Shown here: one piece after another, positions 28,257 through 37,702 of the stretch
How the letters are laid out: each line of letters starts with the position of its first letter
Numbering within the stretch: position 1 is the stretch's first letter
Origin: a bacterium
GTDB taxonomy: Bacteria > Patescibacteriota > Minisyncoccia > Phycocordibacterales > UBA12088
Length of the DNA stretch: 64,000 nt
NCBI GenBank assembly: GCA_003252295.1
Contig: QKEV01000017.1
Location: 100,488 to 164,487 of the forward strand
Reading direction: 5' to 3'
Position numbers and translations under genes: made by a program
Notes under the pieces: generated by a model
Seen by the model: the letters and a program-made list of their open reading frames with translations, nothing else
Told to the model about the DNA's origin: nothing
Database searches by the model: none

Positions 28257-28673
28257 TTACCAGTTGGTTTTATACAACTTAAAAACTAACAGGACAACAA
28301 AAATTACAAGTGCAGCGGAATAGATTGTGTGGTTCACTGTCCACCAGTTATACCTTTTTGTTTCATTACCTATAAGGTTCCAAAACAAGAAAGATAAACA
28401 GAGAAGACCAAAGATGGGAAGAATATTTTTAATTAACTTCCACAGGTCATCCGACTGGAACAGGACACACGCAAGGAAAAGTGCTCCTGCTACAAGCACC
28501 ATCCTCCCAACAGTACCTGTTGGGGTAACAGGCAACTTAAACCAATTTGCTGTTTTCGGCACTGTTTCATTCCCAAAACCGGTTCCACTACTCCTATTGT
28601 TTTGAACATAGAAGATGGAACCGATCGCAACTCCTACTATAACCATAAGTGCAAGGATTGTGAGTTCATTCAT
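28257..28673 (-). CDS. Small polytopic membrane protein, co-transcribed with the SPFH protein (possible NfeD-like partner)
   Basis: 138 aa with 3-4 hydrophobic helices. It overlaps the upstream SPFH gene by 4 nt. Confidence 0.4.
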   Translation of the reverse strand: MNELTILALMVIVGVAIGSIFYVQNNRSSGTGFGNETVPKTANWFKLPVTPTGTVGRMVLVAGALFLACVLFQSDDLWKLIKNILPIFGLLCLSFLFWNLIGNETKRYNWWTVNHTIYSAALVIFVVLLVFKLYKTNW

Positions 28674-30043
28674 TGTCTGTCTCCTGAGGTTGATTCTCCA
28701 GACGGTGCTGTTGCATCACTGGATACTTTTGTTGCAGTTTCTTTCTTCTTAGCAGCGAGCTGTTCGAAAGCTTGCTGCATAGCAGTGAAGTATGCCGATG
28801 TTGTTGCAGGATCCATCGGACTACCTGGTTGTCCAGAACCTGGTAGTATTGCATATGTTGACTTCTCCATTCCTTCACGTATCTGTTGGATACCGAGCAT
28901 CGCAAGTGCTTGTTCTTCGGTAAAACCAAGACCCCCATCCTCTTTACTCTTTTGTGCAAGAATGAGAGCATCAACGAGCCCTTGAGAGCTTGCAGCAGCG
29001 GCAGCTCTTTCACCTACCGCTTGTTCTCTTAACTCCTCACCTTTACTCTTACCTTTAAGACGTCCTGTTTCAACTCCAACATGTGCTGATGTTCTATCAG
29101 CAAGAGCTTCGTTTACTCTTTTGGGTAGATCAAACCCCTTCACCTTCACGCTCATTTTTGAGAAACCACAACCATCCCTGTACCTATCCATTTGCTGTTC
29201 AGCGTTTGTATTAATTCTTTTCCACTTCTTAAACACTTCGGATGGTGTCTTGTTGACAACATCCCTTCGAACAGCAGTGACCACTGAGTCATCAGTGATC
29301 TCAATGAAGTTTCTAATACTGCCAACCTGCTCAATAAACTGCCGAAATGCTCCAGGTTTGCTGTCTAACTTAATCTGAAGTGCGATCGTTCCCTCAAGTG
29401 TGAGACGCCCAGTCTGTAAAGGATCATTTTCATCTGTCTCATCTTTTTTGGGAAACGCAGTTGTCATTCTGAGTGTTTTGTTTTGAACTTTTCCATCACT
29501 GCCTGGTTCCCAGAGCTCTGGGTAGAGCCAAGGTGTATCCTTAGGGATTTCTATATTCATCTCATTTGAAGATACTTTTTGCAATGAGCAAATGAACGGG
29601 GGAACATAGAGTAAGCCAGGTTTCGTTTGAAACAAAAACCTGCCAAACTGAAATATTCCACCAACCTCATTTTGCTGCTGTGTCCGTAGTGAGGCAATGG
29701 TATACACAATTTGTACACACAACAACACCATACCAATTGATATACCCACCTTTTCTTCACCAAACTCAAGTAAGTCAGGTATGGGAAGTAGGAAAGAAAA
29801 AAGTATAAGTATTAAAAATACTGTATTTAATACAGTACATTTCAATATAAAACTCATTCTTTCAACTTCTCCTTGCACTGCATACTCCCGTTGTTGCTTT
29901 TGTTCCTCAGTTTCATTTGGAACAGGTTCACTTATGTTTGCATCAACTGCAACTTCTCCATTTTCTTTCATCTCAATTTTCCAACCAAACAATGCAAAAA
30001 ACTGCTTGAAAAGTTTGAATAATATCTTAGTAATCCATTCCAT
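28670..30043 (-). CDS. SPFH/Band-7 (stomatin/flotillin-like) domain membrane protein
   Basis: N-terminal TM, a central SPFH-like core, and a C-terminal coiled-coil with an Ala-rich segment (REQAVGERAAAAASSQGLVDALILAQ). Confidence 0.55.
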   Translation of the reverse strand: MEWITKILFKLFKQFFALFGWKIEMKENGEVAVDANISEPVPNETEEQKQQREYAVQGEVERMSFILKCTVLNTVFLILILFSFLLPIPDLLEFGEEKVGISIGMVLLCVQIVYTIASLRTQQQNEVGGIFQFGRFLFQTKPGLLYVPPFICSLQKVSSNEMNIEIPKDTPWLYPELWEPGSDGKVQNKTLRMTTAFPKKDETDENDPLQTGRLTLEGTIALQIKLDSKPGAFRQFIEQVGSIRNFIEITDDSVVTAVRRDVVNKTPSEVFKKWKRINTNAEQQMDRYRDGCGFSKMSVKVKGFDLPKRVNEALADRTSAHVGVETGRLKGKSKGEELREQAVGERAAAAASSQGLVDALILAQKSKEDGGLGFTEEQALAMLGIQQIREGMEKSTYAILPGSGQPGSPMDPATTSAYFTAMQQAFEQLAAKKKETATKVSSDATAPSGESTSGDRQ

Positions 30044-30250
30044 ATCACACCTCCTGTGTGCTTGTTTTCTGTCAAAAAACTGTTATTTTTACCTGTTTAT
30101 ATTATACCATATTGTATAAAAAAATCAAGTATTTTATATTACTTTACTGTATTTTTTGTGTAAGTTTTTATACACTTATCATACACACAACCTTAACTAC
30201 TAATGGTAGAAATTTGTGAAAATAACAAGAAAGACTAAGAGTGTATTAAC

Positions 30251-30316
30251 TTTTCCACAAACTATCCACAAAAAACCTCATAAAGTCTTTCTTTTGTGAA
30301 CTGGTATTGTGGAAAA
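30251..30316. promoter_or_regulatory. DnaA-box cluster upstream of dnaA
   Basis: ttttccaca (30251-30259) and ctatccaca (30262-30270) are each 8/9 to TTATCCACA. tgtggaaaa (30308-30316) is the reverse complement of ttttccaca. Confidence 0.5.
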
Positions 30317-30337
30317 CTTCCCTTATAATTACAAACT

Positions 30338-31696
30338 ATGACTCAAGTCTTAGATACGAAAAAGGTATGGGAGGATGCCTTGGTTGATATTGAACTGTCT
30401 GTATCTAGGGCTAACTTCAGTACCTGGTTTAAAGGTACTCATGTAGTAAAGATTGAAGATGGTATTGTTTTCATTGGTGTACCAAGTCAATTCTATAAAG
30501 ACTGGCTTGCTGACAAGCATCATAAGACGATCCTTCGAGCACTCAGGAACGCTGAACCAAATACTCGGGGAGTAGAGTATATTATTGCAAGAGAAGACAA
30601 AAAGAAACCAAAGCATGAGAAAAAAATACTACGTTCTTCTGCAGTAAACGAACTTCCTCTCGACCAGCACTACATCAACAGAGCTGATAACCTCAATCCC
30701 CGCTATACGTTTGAATCATACGTAGTGGGGCCTTTTAATGAGCTTGCGTTTGCCGCTTCTCAGGCAGTAGTAAAAGAGCCAGGAATTACCTACAACCCAC
30801 TTTTTATATACGGGAATACAGGGTGTGGTAAAACACACCTCATCCAAGCAGTAGGTAATCACCTGAAGAAGTTAAATAATACAAGGAAGATCTTCTATAC
30901 CACCTCAGAGCGTTTTGGTACCGATATTGTTACTGCTATCCAACAGAATAATATTCAGAACGTGAAAGAGAAGTACCGTCAGTACGATGTACTCATGATG
31001 GATGATGTACAGTTCCTCTCAGGAAAAGATAAGTTGCAGGAAGAACTCTTCCATATCTTCAACTCACTCTATGAGAACAATAAGCAAATACTCTTCTCAT
31101 CTGATAGACACCCTAGCTACATCAGTGACCTGACCGATAGGCTTCGTTCTCGTTTTGGACAGGGAATGATAATAGATGTGACCATACCAGACCATGAATC
31201 ACGAGTAGCTATCCTTAAAACAAAAGCAGCTCATCACAACTTCCTATTAGGAGATGAATTAGCACAAATAATTGCAAACGAAGTAGAGGGTAATATTCGT
31301 GATCTTGAAGGAATTTTGAACAGGGTAATTTGTCAAACACAACTGAAAGGAAAATCACTTGATATTAATGATGTTAAACAGATCGTAAAGAACAATCTTC
31401 GTCCACAAAAGAATGTTTCTGTAAAAGACCTTGTTGAACGAGTGAGTCGTTACTATGATGTTGAATCTACCGTGATATATGAAAAAACTCGTAAAAAGGA
31501 GGTGGTTAAGCCTCGTCAGATCATCATGTACCTCATGCGCCAAGACTTCAATATCTCATATCCAACCATTGGACAGAAACTTGGTGGAAGAGATCACACC
31601 ACTGTCATCCATTCATGTGAGAAAATAAAACGCGAACTTACTGACGACTCAATACTGCAAAGGGAAGTGGAGGAGATTCGCGCAATGTTGAAATAG
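30338..31696 (+). CDS. dnaA: Chromosomal replication initiator protein DnaA
   Basis: AAA+ Walker A (LFIYGNTGCGKTHLIQAVGN), domain IV HTH (IGQKLGGRDHTTVIHSCEKI). 452 aa. Confidence 0.95.
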   Translation: MTQVLDTKKVWEDALVDIELSVSRANFSTWFKGTHVVKIEDGIVFIGVPSQFYKDWLADKHHKTILRALRNAEPNTRGVEYIIAREDKKKPKHEKKILRSSAVNELPLDQHYINRADNLNPRYTFESYVVGPFNELAFAASQAVVKEPGITYNPLFIYGNTGCGKTHLIQAVGNHLKKLNNTRKIFYTTSERFGTDIVTAIQQNNIQNVKEKYRQYDVLMMDDVQFLSGKDKLQEELFHIFNSLYENNKQILFSSDRHPSYISDLTDRLRSRFGQGMIIDVTIPDHESRVAILKTKAAHHNFLLGDELAQIIANEVEGNIRDLEGILNRVICQTQLKGKSLDINDVKQIVKNNLRPQKNVSVKDLVERVSRYYDVESTVIYEKTRKKEVVKPRQIIMYLMRQDFNISYPTIGQKLGGRDHTTVIHSCEKIKRELTDDSILQREVEEIRAMLK

Positions 31697-31940
31697 TGTG
31701 GAGTAGTCTGCGTTTGTTCTGTGGAAAACATAGGGAAAGAACCAGTGAGTACTTGTGAAAACTTTTGTTTATAAGTGAGAATTGATTATACCGACTCTTC
31801 TTATAAACAAAGTAATCCACATTTTACAGAAGAAGTTCAAGTGAAAAATATAGTGTAAAGTAAAACTTTTTTTCACCTTTCCACATATCTACAGGACTAA
31901 TAATAGTAAAGTAAAAAAAATTAAAAAATAATTAACTACT
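31697..31940. promoter_or_regulatory. Candidate oriC: dnaA-dnaN intergenic region with DnaA boxes and an AT-rich DNA-unwinding-element-like tract
   Basis: tgtggaaaa (31720-31728), taatccaca (31813-31821), ctttccaca (31877-31885). Then aataatagtaaagtaaaaaaaattaaaaaataattaa (31899-31935), which is more than 90% AT. Confidence 0.5.
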
Positions 31941-33041
31941 ATGGAGTGTACAGTAAACCGTGAAGAACTTCTTGAAGCAGTACTACAAACAGAGAAGTTA
32001 ACCGTAAAGAATCACACACTTCCTGTCCTCTCTTGTATTCATGTTGAAGTAAGTGGTGACAAGTTACTCCTCTCAGCAACAAACCTAGAAGTCGGTATAC
32101 GTTTTTCAATAACTATTTCAGATGGTAAGGATGGTGTTGTAGCTGTATCAGGTAGTGTGCTTTCTCATGTTATTTCATCTCTTCCAAGTGGTACGAGTGT
32201 TTCTCTTTCCACACAAGAAGGATATCTTGTTGTTGCTAACAGTGAAGGAAGTTCAAAGATTGCACTTCAGGAAGCTGAAGATTTTCCTGTGCTCCCAGAA
32301 GTTGATGATGGTGATTCCTTTAATCTTCCAGCAAAGGAATTGCATGCAGCTATATCTGCTGTGGTGTACTGTGCAAGCACTTCAACCATCAAACCTGAAT
32401 TATCAAGTGTGTTTATTCACCCAGATGGTGCTGTACTAATTGCAGCAGCAACAGATTCATTTCGTTTAGCGGAGAAGAGGATTCCACTCAAAGAGACAAT
32501 AGAAATAGAACCTTTTCTTATCCCCAGTAAATCAACAGGGAGCTTACTTAAGGTACTAGAACGTGCTGATGGTATGGTAAAAATGGTATCAAATAAACAT
32601 CAGTTATCAGTTACTGTTGATACTGTGTATATAACACTCCGTCTCGTTGCTGGAACCTTTCCAGACTATACTCAAATCATACCAAAAGAGTTTGTTACAG
32701 AGGCAACTATGTTGACTCACGATTTTGAGAGGGTCTTGAGGAAGGCTACAGTCTTCTCTGACCAGTTTAATCAGACAGTGGTAACCATATCACCAAAAGA
32801 AAAAAAATGTTTCGTATACACGAAAAATGAAAGCGTAGGAGAAACAAAAGATAGTATACAAGCAGCACTCACAGGAGAAAGTTTGGAAATAAGTTTTAAT
32901 CAAAAGTACCTGGTTGATGCTCTCCATTCTGTCTCAACAGACAGTATCACTATTCAGTTTGCAGGACAGTCTCAGCCAGCAATAGTATCTCCTGTTGGGG
33001 ATAGTGGTTTTATTTATCTGGTAATGCCTATGAATAGGTAG
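31941..33041 (+). CDS. dnaN: DNA polymerase III beta sliding clamp
   Basis: 366 aa, three-domain beta-clamp pattern. Located immediately after dnaA. Confidence 0.9.
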   Translation: MECTVNREELLEAVLQTEKLTVKNHTLPVLSCIHVEVSGDKLLLSATNLEVGIRFSITISDGKDGVVAVSGSVLSHVISSLPSGTSVSLSTQEGYLVVANSEGSSKIALQEAEDFPVLPEVDDGDSFNLPAKELHAAISAVVYCASTSTIKPELSSVFIHPDGAVLIAAATDSFRLAEKRIPLKETIEIEPFLIPSKSTGSLLKVLERADGMVKMVSNKHQLSVTVDTVYITLRLVAGTFPDYTQIIPKEFVTEATMLTHDFERVLRKATVFSDQFNQTVVTISPKEKKCFVYTKNESVGETKDSIQAALTGESLEISFNQKYLVDALHSVSTDSITIQFAGQSQPAIVSPVGDSGFIYLVMPMNR

Positions 33042-33048
33042 TTAGTGT

Positions 33049-33303
33049 ATGGATAGTGTAGTTACGTTCCTTTCAAAGTACAAAAACCTCAAACCACCAG
33101 AGGAAAGTACAAAAAAAATAATTCTACAAATCATTAAAGATGAGTGTGGTTTGTGTTTAGAGAAAAAAGATGTTTCCTTGAAGCAGGGAGGAGTATTTCT
33201 TACTTGTCACCCTGCAGTGCGTAGCGAACTTATACGTTGCGTTCCGCGTATTTTAAATACACTCCAAAAAGATCATAATATTCGTCTTTCGTATATTCGT
33301 TAA
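33049..33303 (+). CDS. DUF721/DciA-like small protein
   Basis: 84 aa. GVFLTCHPAVRSELIRCVPRIL resembles the DUF721 motif. Its position after dnaN is typical. Confidence 0.4.
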   Translation: MDSVVTFLSKYKNLKPPEESTKKIILQIIKDECGLCLEKKDVSLKQGGVFLTCHPAVRSELIRCVPRILNTLQKDHNIRLSYIR

Positions 33304-35822
33304 CGAATTTTAAAGTCAATTGAATCACCCCCTCGTTCACCTTCGGTGTTGTAAGCAATAACAAGAAGTGTATAGGTCTCACCCTCTGACAACCCTCGTT
33401 CACCCGGCATAAAAAAGAATGAATCATCAGTAGTACTACTGCCTATGAGTTCTCCATCAATGTAGTATTCAATATGTTCAATATCAAGGTCACTTTTGAT
33501 ACGTGTTTTTACTTCAATAATCTCATCAAGAGATACCCTATCCCCATCATCAGGTTCTGTGATGGTTACCTTAGGTTTTGTTGCTGAGGAGGTATCTTCA
33601 TTATTTGTTTCATTAAGTACGTCATAAATAGACACTTCCCCTTGTGACACTGACCAAAGTAGTACACCGTACTCCCAGTAGGCATACTGTGGATCACTTT
33701 CAGGGTGGAGTGGTGTAGCCCCTCGTGGATCATCTTTATCTACATAATAGAGAATAGAGTGACTTGTTGTTTTATTGTTTGTGCTGTTGAGGAAAAAAGA
33801 GGTTGTAGTAGCTTGCTGTGAAGCAGCTCCAGTCTTTCCATTTAAAACAGGTTTTATAGTAGGGTCTATTTCTTCTGGAGATGTAAAGTCAGTTGAATCA
33901 GGATATTTTTCAAAGTATGCATTCATGAACTTGTTCCACATTGGTGCAATAATAAAACCAGCAACCTTTTTTTCCATTGCCATGTTGGTATTATTTCCTG
34001 CCCACGCACCAACAGCTATTTCTGGGGTGTAACCAATGATCCATGCATCTCTATAATCGTTCGTGGTACCTGTTTTAACAGCAACATCATGATCAGGGAA
34101 GTAGAGGTATGAGTTAGCACCAAAAGCAGGTGTCCTTGCTTTATTATCAGCAAGAATATCAGTGATTGATCGGGTCACTTCTGCTTCAATAACTCGTTCA
34201 CCATCATTTTCCAACTCAAAAAGTTTTTTACCATCTGAATCAATTTCAATAATGCTCGTGCTTGGGTTACGTACCCCTTCGTTTGCAAATACACCGTAGG
34301 CACCTGTCATTTCAAGAAGTGAGACCTCACCACCACCAAGCACAAGGGTGAGTCCATATCGCTGGTAATCTTCAAGTGTAGTGAGACCAAATGATTCAGC
34401 AAGTTCAATAGTTTCCTTCATACCAGCTAAATAGAGTGCTTTTACTGCAGGTATGTTCACAGATTGTGCAAGAGCTTCTCGGAATGTCATAGGTCCCCTA
34501 AATTTACTATCATAGTTTCCTGGAACATAGCATTCACCTTCATCACCTGATAAGTCTGTCTTACTACATGCTGTTGAAAATTGTGTTTTTACATCATATA
34601 CAACAGTTTCTGTGGTGTATCCTTTTTGTATTGCAGCTGCGTAGGCAAATGGCTTAAAAGAAGAACCTGGTTGTCGTTTAGCAAGTCCGATGTTGTAGTT
34701 TCCATCAATTTCATCATCAAAATAATCTCTACTTCCGACCATAACAAGTATACCTCCAGTTTTTGGATCAACAGCCATAAGTGAAGCATTTGTAGCATTG
34801 TACTTTTCAGTATTTTCTAGTGCACCATCATATACAATCTGCTCCGCTTCTTTCTGGAGATCCCAATCGAGTGTTGTTATGACACGCAAGTTTGCTGTTG
34901 CCACATCTTCATCAGGGAACATTTCTGATAGTTGATCTATGACATAGAACACAAAGTGAGGTGCTTTGATGGCTCCAGAACTAAATGGTCGAAACTCAAC
35001 TTGTTCGTTCATAGCATCGTTGTATTCCTCTTCTGTTATGTAGTTAAATTTGAGCATTTCTGCGAGCACTTTATCTTTTCTAGCGTTGAGTGCATCTCTA
35101 TTGTTTCCATATGGTGAGTAGTAGGTTGGTGCTTGAGGGAGAGCTGCAAGGTAAGCACTCTCTGCGATAGTGAGATCTTTTGCAGATTTACCAAAGAATC
35201 CCTGACTTGCTTCTTCAATACCATACTTCGTGCCTCCGTAAGGCACTTCATTGAGGTAAAGTTCAAGTATTTCATCTTTGGTTGATATCTGCTCAAGTTT
35301 TACTGCAAGCACCCACTCTTTTAGTTTTCTTGAAATTTTCTTTTCAGAAACAAGTAGCTTATTTTTAACCACTTGCTGTGTAATAGTTGAACCTCCTTGT
35401 CCACCAAATAGGTCACCATTTTGTAGGTTTCGAATTATTGCACGTAGTACAGCAAAAGGCTCAACACCATGATGACTGTAAAAACCAGAATCCTCGATAG
35501 CTATGGTTGCGTACTTAACGTAATCAGATATTTCGTCAAGAGGAACAACTGTTCTTCGAACATCTTGATGCATGTCATAAAGGAGTACTTTTCCTGTTTT
35601 ATCGTAGATTTTTGTTGATTGCCCTGATTGCTGCTGTTCAAGTGTCTCAAGTGTTGGCATGGTGAGCGTAGAAGCCCAAATGAGAAAAATACCAGAGAGT
35701 ATAAAACCACCAGCAAAACCTAAAGCAATGATCGGAAGTAATATTTTTTTAAGCAAACGAAAGCGTTTTTCTCGCTTCTTTTTCTTCCTCCTATTCTCAA
35801 TAATATTTCGAATCCACCTCAT
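33300..35822 (-). CDS. Class A penicillin-binding protein (bifunctional glycosyltransferase/transpeptidase) with a C-terminal beta-rich extension
   Basis: GT51 motifs (ATIAIEDSGFYSHHG; GGSTITQQVVKN), a transpeptidase SxxK (SSFKPF), and an N-terminal signal-anchor. 840 aa. Confidence 0.85.
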   Translation of the reverse strand: MRWIRNIIENRRKKKKREKRFRLLKKILLPIIALGFAGGFILSGIFLIWASTLTMPTLETLEQQQSGQSTKIYDKTGKVLLYDMHQDVRRTVVPLDEISDYVKYATIAIEDSGFYSHHGVEPFAVLRAIIRNLQNGDLFGGQGGSTITQQVVKNKLLVSEKKISRKLKEWVLAVKLEQISTKDEILELYLNEVPYGGTKYGIEEASQGFFGKSAKDLTIAESAYLAALPQAPTYYSPYGNNRDALNARKDKVLAEMLKFNYITEEEYNDAMNEQVEFRPFSSGAIKAPHFVFYVIDQLSEMFPDEDVATANLRVITTLDWDLQKEAEQIVYDGALENTEKYNATNASLMAVDPKTGGILVMVGSRDYFDDEIDGNYNIGLAKRQPGSSFKPFAYAAAIQKGYTTETVVYDVKTQFSTACSKTDLSGDEGECYVPGNYDSKFRGPMTFREALAQSVNIPAVKALYLAGMKETIELAESFGLTTLEDYQRYGLTLVLGGGEVSLLEMTGAYGVFANEGVRNPSTSIIEIDSDGKKLFELENDGERVIEAEVTRSITDILADNKARTPAFGANSYLYFPDHDVAVKTGTTNDYRDAWIIGYTPEIAVGAWAGNNTNMAMEKKVAGFIIAPMWNKFMNAYFEKYPDSTDFTSPEEIDPTIKPVLNGKTGAASQQATTTSFFLNSTNNKTTSHSILYYVDKDDPRGATPLHPESDPQYAYWEYGVLLWSVSQGEVSIYDVLNETNNEDTSSATKPKVTITEPDDGDRVSLDEIIEVKTRIKSDLDIEHIEYYIDGELIGSSTTDDSFFFMPGERGLSEGETYTLLVIAYNTEGERGGDSIDFKIR

Positions 35823-35951
35823 AGAGACAATAGTAGCACAGCAAAAATAACTTGGCTTGTCCTTGTGGTATATATCCTAAACTTACTAGAGGAAGAAGAG
35901 GAAAAGGAGGGTGTGAAGTATTAAAAAACCCACCAGAAGGTGGGAATTTTA

Positions 35952-36119
35952 CTATTCATCGGTATCTTCAAAACTATCGAAGTCCAAGTAGTCGTCTGTT
36001 TCATCATCATCTTCATCTCCATCAAACAGTGGTTCTTCTAACTCATCATCGTCATCAAATTGCTCGTCATCTTCAAATGCTTCTTCAAGCAATCCTTCAT
36101 CTTTTTCATCGGTATCCAT
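35952..36119 (-). CDS. Small highly acidic protein (55 aa)
   Basis: Manual translation gives MDTDEKDEGLLEEAFEDDEQFDDDDELEEPLFDGDEDDDETDDYLDFDSFEDTDE, about 60% Asp/Glu. It is not in the ORF track because it is shorter than 60 aa. It sits between the PBP and ruvC on the same strand. Confidence 0.3.
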   Translation of the reverse strand: MDTDEKDEGLLEEAFEDDEQFDDDDELEEPLFDGDEDDDETDDYLDFDSFEDTDE

Positions 36120-36238
36120 ACGTGTATGAACTAAATGTAATTACGTGCAAATGCACATTTTTAATGATGAACGTGTACGTTCGGTGTTATTTGTAACAAA
36201 GCTTGGGGTTATATGCAATATGTACAGTTTGTGGATAT

Positions 36239-36721
36239 CTAGTACTTTGCTGAAAGGGTGACACTTCCTGTTAAACCAACAGCTATTGCATCGTACTCAT
36301 CATCATATTGTATTGCTTTTTCTATTTTAATAAGTCGTGGGAGCATCAGCATTACCTGTTGCTTTGTAGCAGCGCCATCTCCTGTTACTGCAATCTTTAC
36401 CTGTTTTGGAGTAAATTCATGAAGTGGTACATTGAGTTGCGTTACGGTAAGAATAAGTGCACCACGCGCTTCAGCAACATGCATTGCTGTCTTTTGGTTT
36501 TTTGCAAAAAAGAGTGTTTCGAGTACGCAGGCATCAGGACTGTGTTTCTCTATATATGCACGAAACTCATTCGTGATAGATAGTAACCTTTTTTCAAAAG
36601 CATCTTCCTTGTTTGTGGTAAGGCATGCTGAATCAAGGAGTGTTTCCTTACCAGTGTCGTCACGTTCAATAACAGCTAAACCGCACCTGTCGTATCCTGG
36701 ATCAAGAGCTATTACTTTCAT
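36239..36721 (-). CDS. ruvC: Holliday junction resolvase RuvC
   Basis: MKVIALDPGYDRCGLAV and the downstream catalytic acidic residues. 160 aa. Confidence 0.85.
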   Translation of the reverse strand: MKVIALDPGYDRCGLAVIERDDTGKETLLDSACLTTNKEDAFEKRLLSITNEFRAYIEKHSPDACVLETLFFAKNQKTAMHVAEARGALILTVTQLNVPLHEFTPKQVKIAVTGDGAATKQQVMLMLPRLIKIEKAIQYDDEYDAIAVGLTGSVTLSAKY

Positions 36722-36724
36722 GTT

Positions 36725-37258
36725 TTACTCTGCGTTCGTGTAGACACTTTCAACATCATCATGTTCCTCTAAGGCATCAATGAGTGTTGAAAGTTTCTCT
36801 GCATCTTCATCAGATACGGGAACAGTAGTTGTTGCTTTCCAATCCATCCCTTCCTTTTCAAATGCCCAGGCAGCAGCACCTTGTTCAGCGAGTTGGTAGC
36901 CAAGTTTTGATACAAGATGTTTGATTTCAGGAAATGTCCTATTCTTATTATCAGTAACCGTATCAACAAGGATAGCAACACCACCTGGTCCGTAGAGTTC
37001 ATAGGTAATACACTCTTCTCCACCTCCACCTCCTGCACCCTTTGCCACGGCACGTTCAATGTTTTCCTTCGGCATATTTGCTGCTTTAGCTTTTCCTATC
37101 ACTACCTTGAGGGCAGGGGAATTCATGTCTCCTTTTGCGAGTTTCGACTCTGCAGCAATGAGTCGGGCAAGTTTACTGAACTCTTTACCTCGCTTTGCAT
37201 CAACAAGTGCTTTTTTATGTTTAATGGTTGACCATTTTGAATGTCCTGACATAAGCAA
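36725..37258 (-). CDS. yebC: YebC/PmpR-family probable transcriptional regulator (short form)
   Basis: MSGHSKWSTIKHKKALVDAKRGKEFSKLARLI... is the canonical YebC N-terminus. Confidence 0.8.
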   Translation of the reverse strand: MLMSGHSKWSTIKHKKALVDAKRGKEFSKLARLIAAESKLAKGDMNSPALKVVIGKAKAANMPKENIERAVAKGAGGGGGEECITYELYGPGGVAILVDTVTDNKNRTFPEIKHLVSKLGYQLAEQGAAAWAFEKEGMDWKATTTVPVSDEDAEKLSTLIDALEEHDDVESVYTNAE

Positions 37259-37348
37259 ATATTTTATTAGTGATTACATAATACGTTTCTACAGTATTCC
37301 TGCAAATGGTACTGCGATTGATACCATGTTGTTATACTATACAGGTAT

Positions 37349-37696
37349 ATGAAGCATATATTTATTACACTATTACTACTTTTCGCTCCAGTAGCAGCTC
37401 TTGCTGACGCAACGTACATTGTAAAGTTCTTGTCGGGTGTTGAATCACTTTTTCAAAAACTAATTCCTATAGTGAGTGGATTAGCACTACTAATGTTTAT
37501 ATGGGGTCTGGTTAAGTTTATTACCCAGTCCGGAGATGAAAGAGCTGTTGCTGAAGGAAAACAGTTTATGATTTGGGGAATTGTAGCTCTTTTTTGTGCA
37601 GTGTCGGTGTGGGGTATAGTTACGGTTGCACAAAATATATTTGGTATAGGTGGTGGTACAGCACAAGTAAGTCCAGGGACTACGTATACTCCGTAA
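37349..37696 (+). CDS. Small pilin-like membrane protein (second VirB2/TrbC-like candidate)
   Basis: 115 aa. Signal peptide (LLLLFAPVAALADA) and two hydrophobic helices separated by a polar loop (QSGDERAVAEGKQ). Same architecture as 24676..25056. Confidence 0.35.
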   Translation: MKHIFITLLLLFAPVAALADATYIVKFLSGVESLFQKLIPIVSGLALLMFIWGLVKFITQSGDERAVAEGKQFMIWGIVALFCAVSVWGIVTVAQNIFGIGGGTAQVSPGTTYTP

Positions 37697-37702
37697 TTGA
37701 TC

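Noticed and set aside
36308-37352. Plus-strand ORFs 36308..36583, 36432..36743, 36917..37231 and 37059..37352
   Set aside because: They are antisense to ruvC and yebC, which carry strong family signatures. They have low-complexity products.
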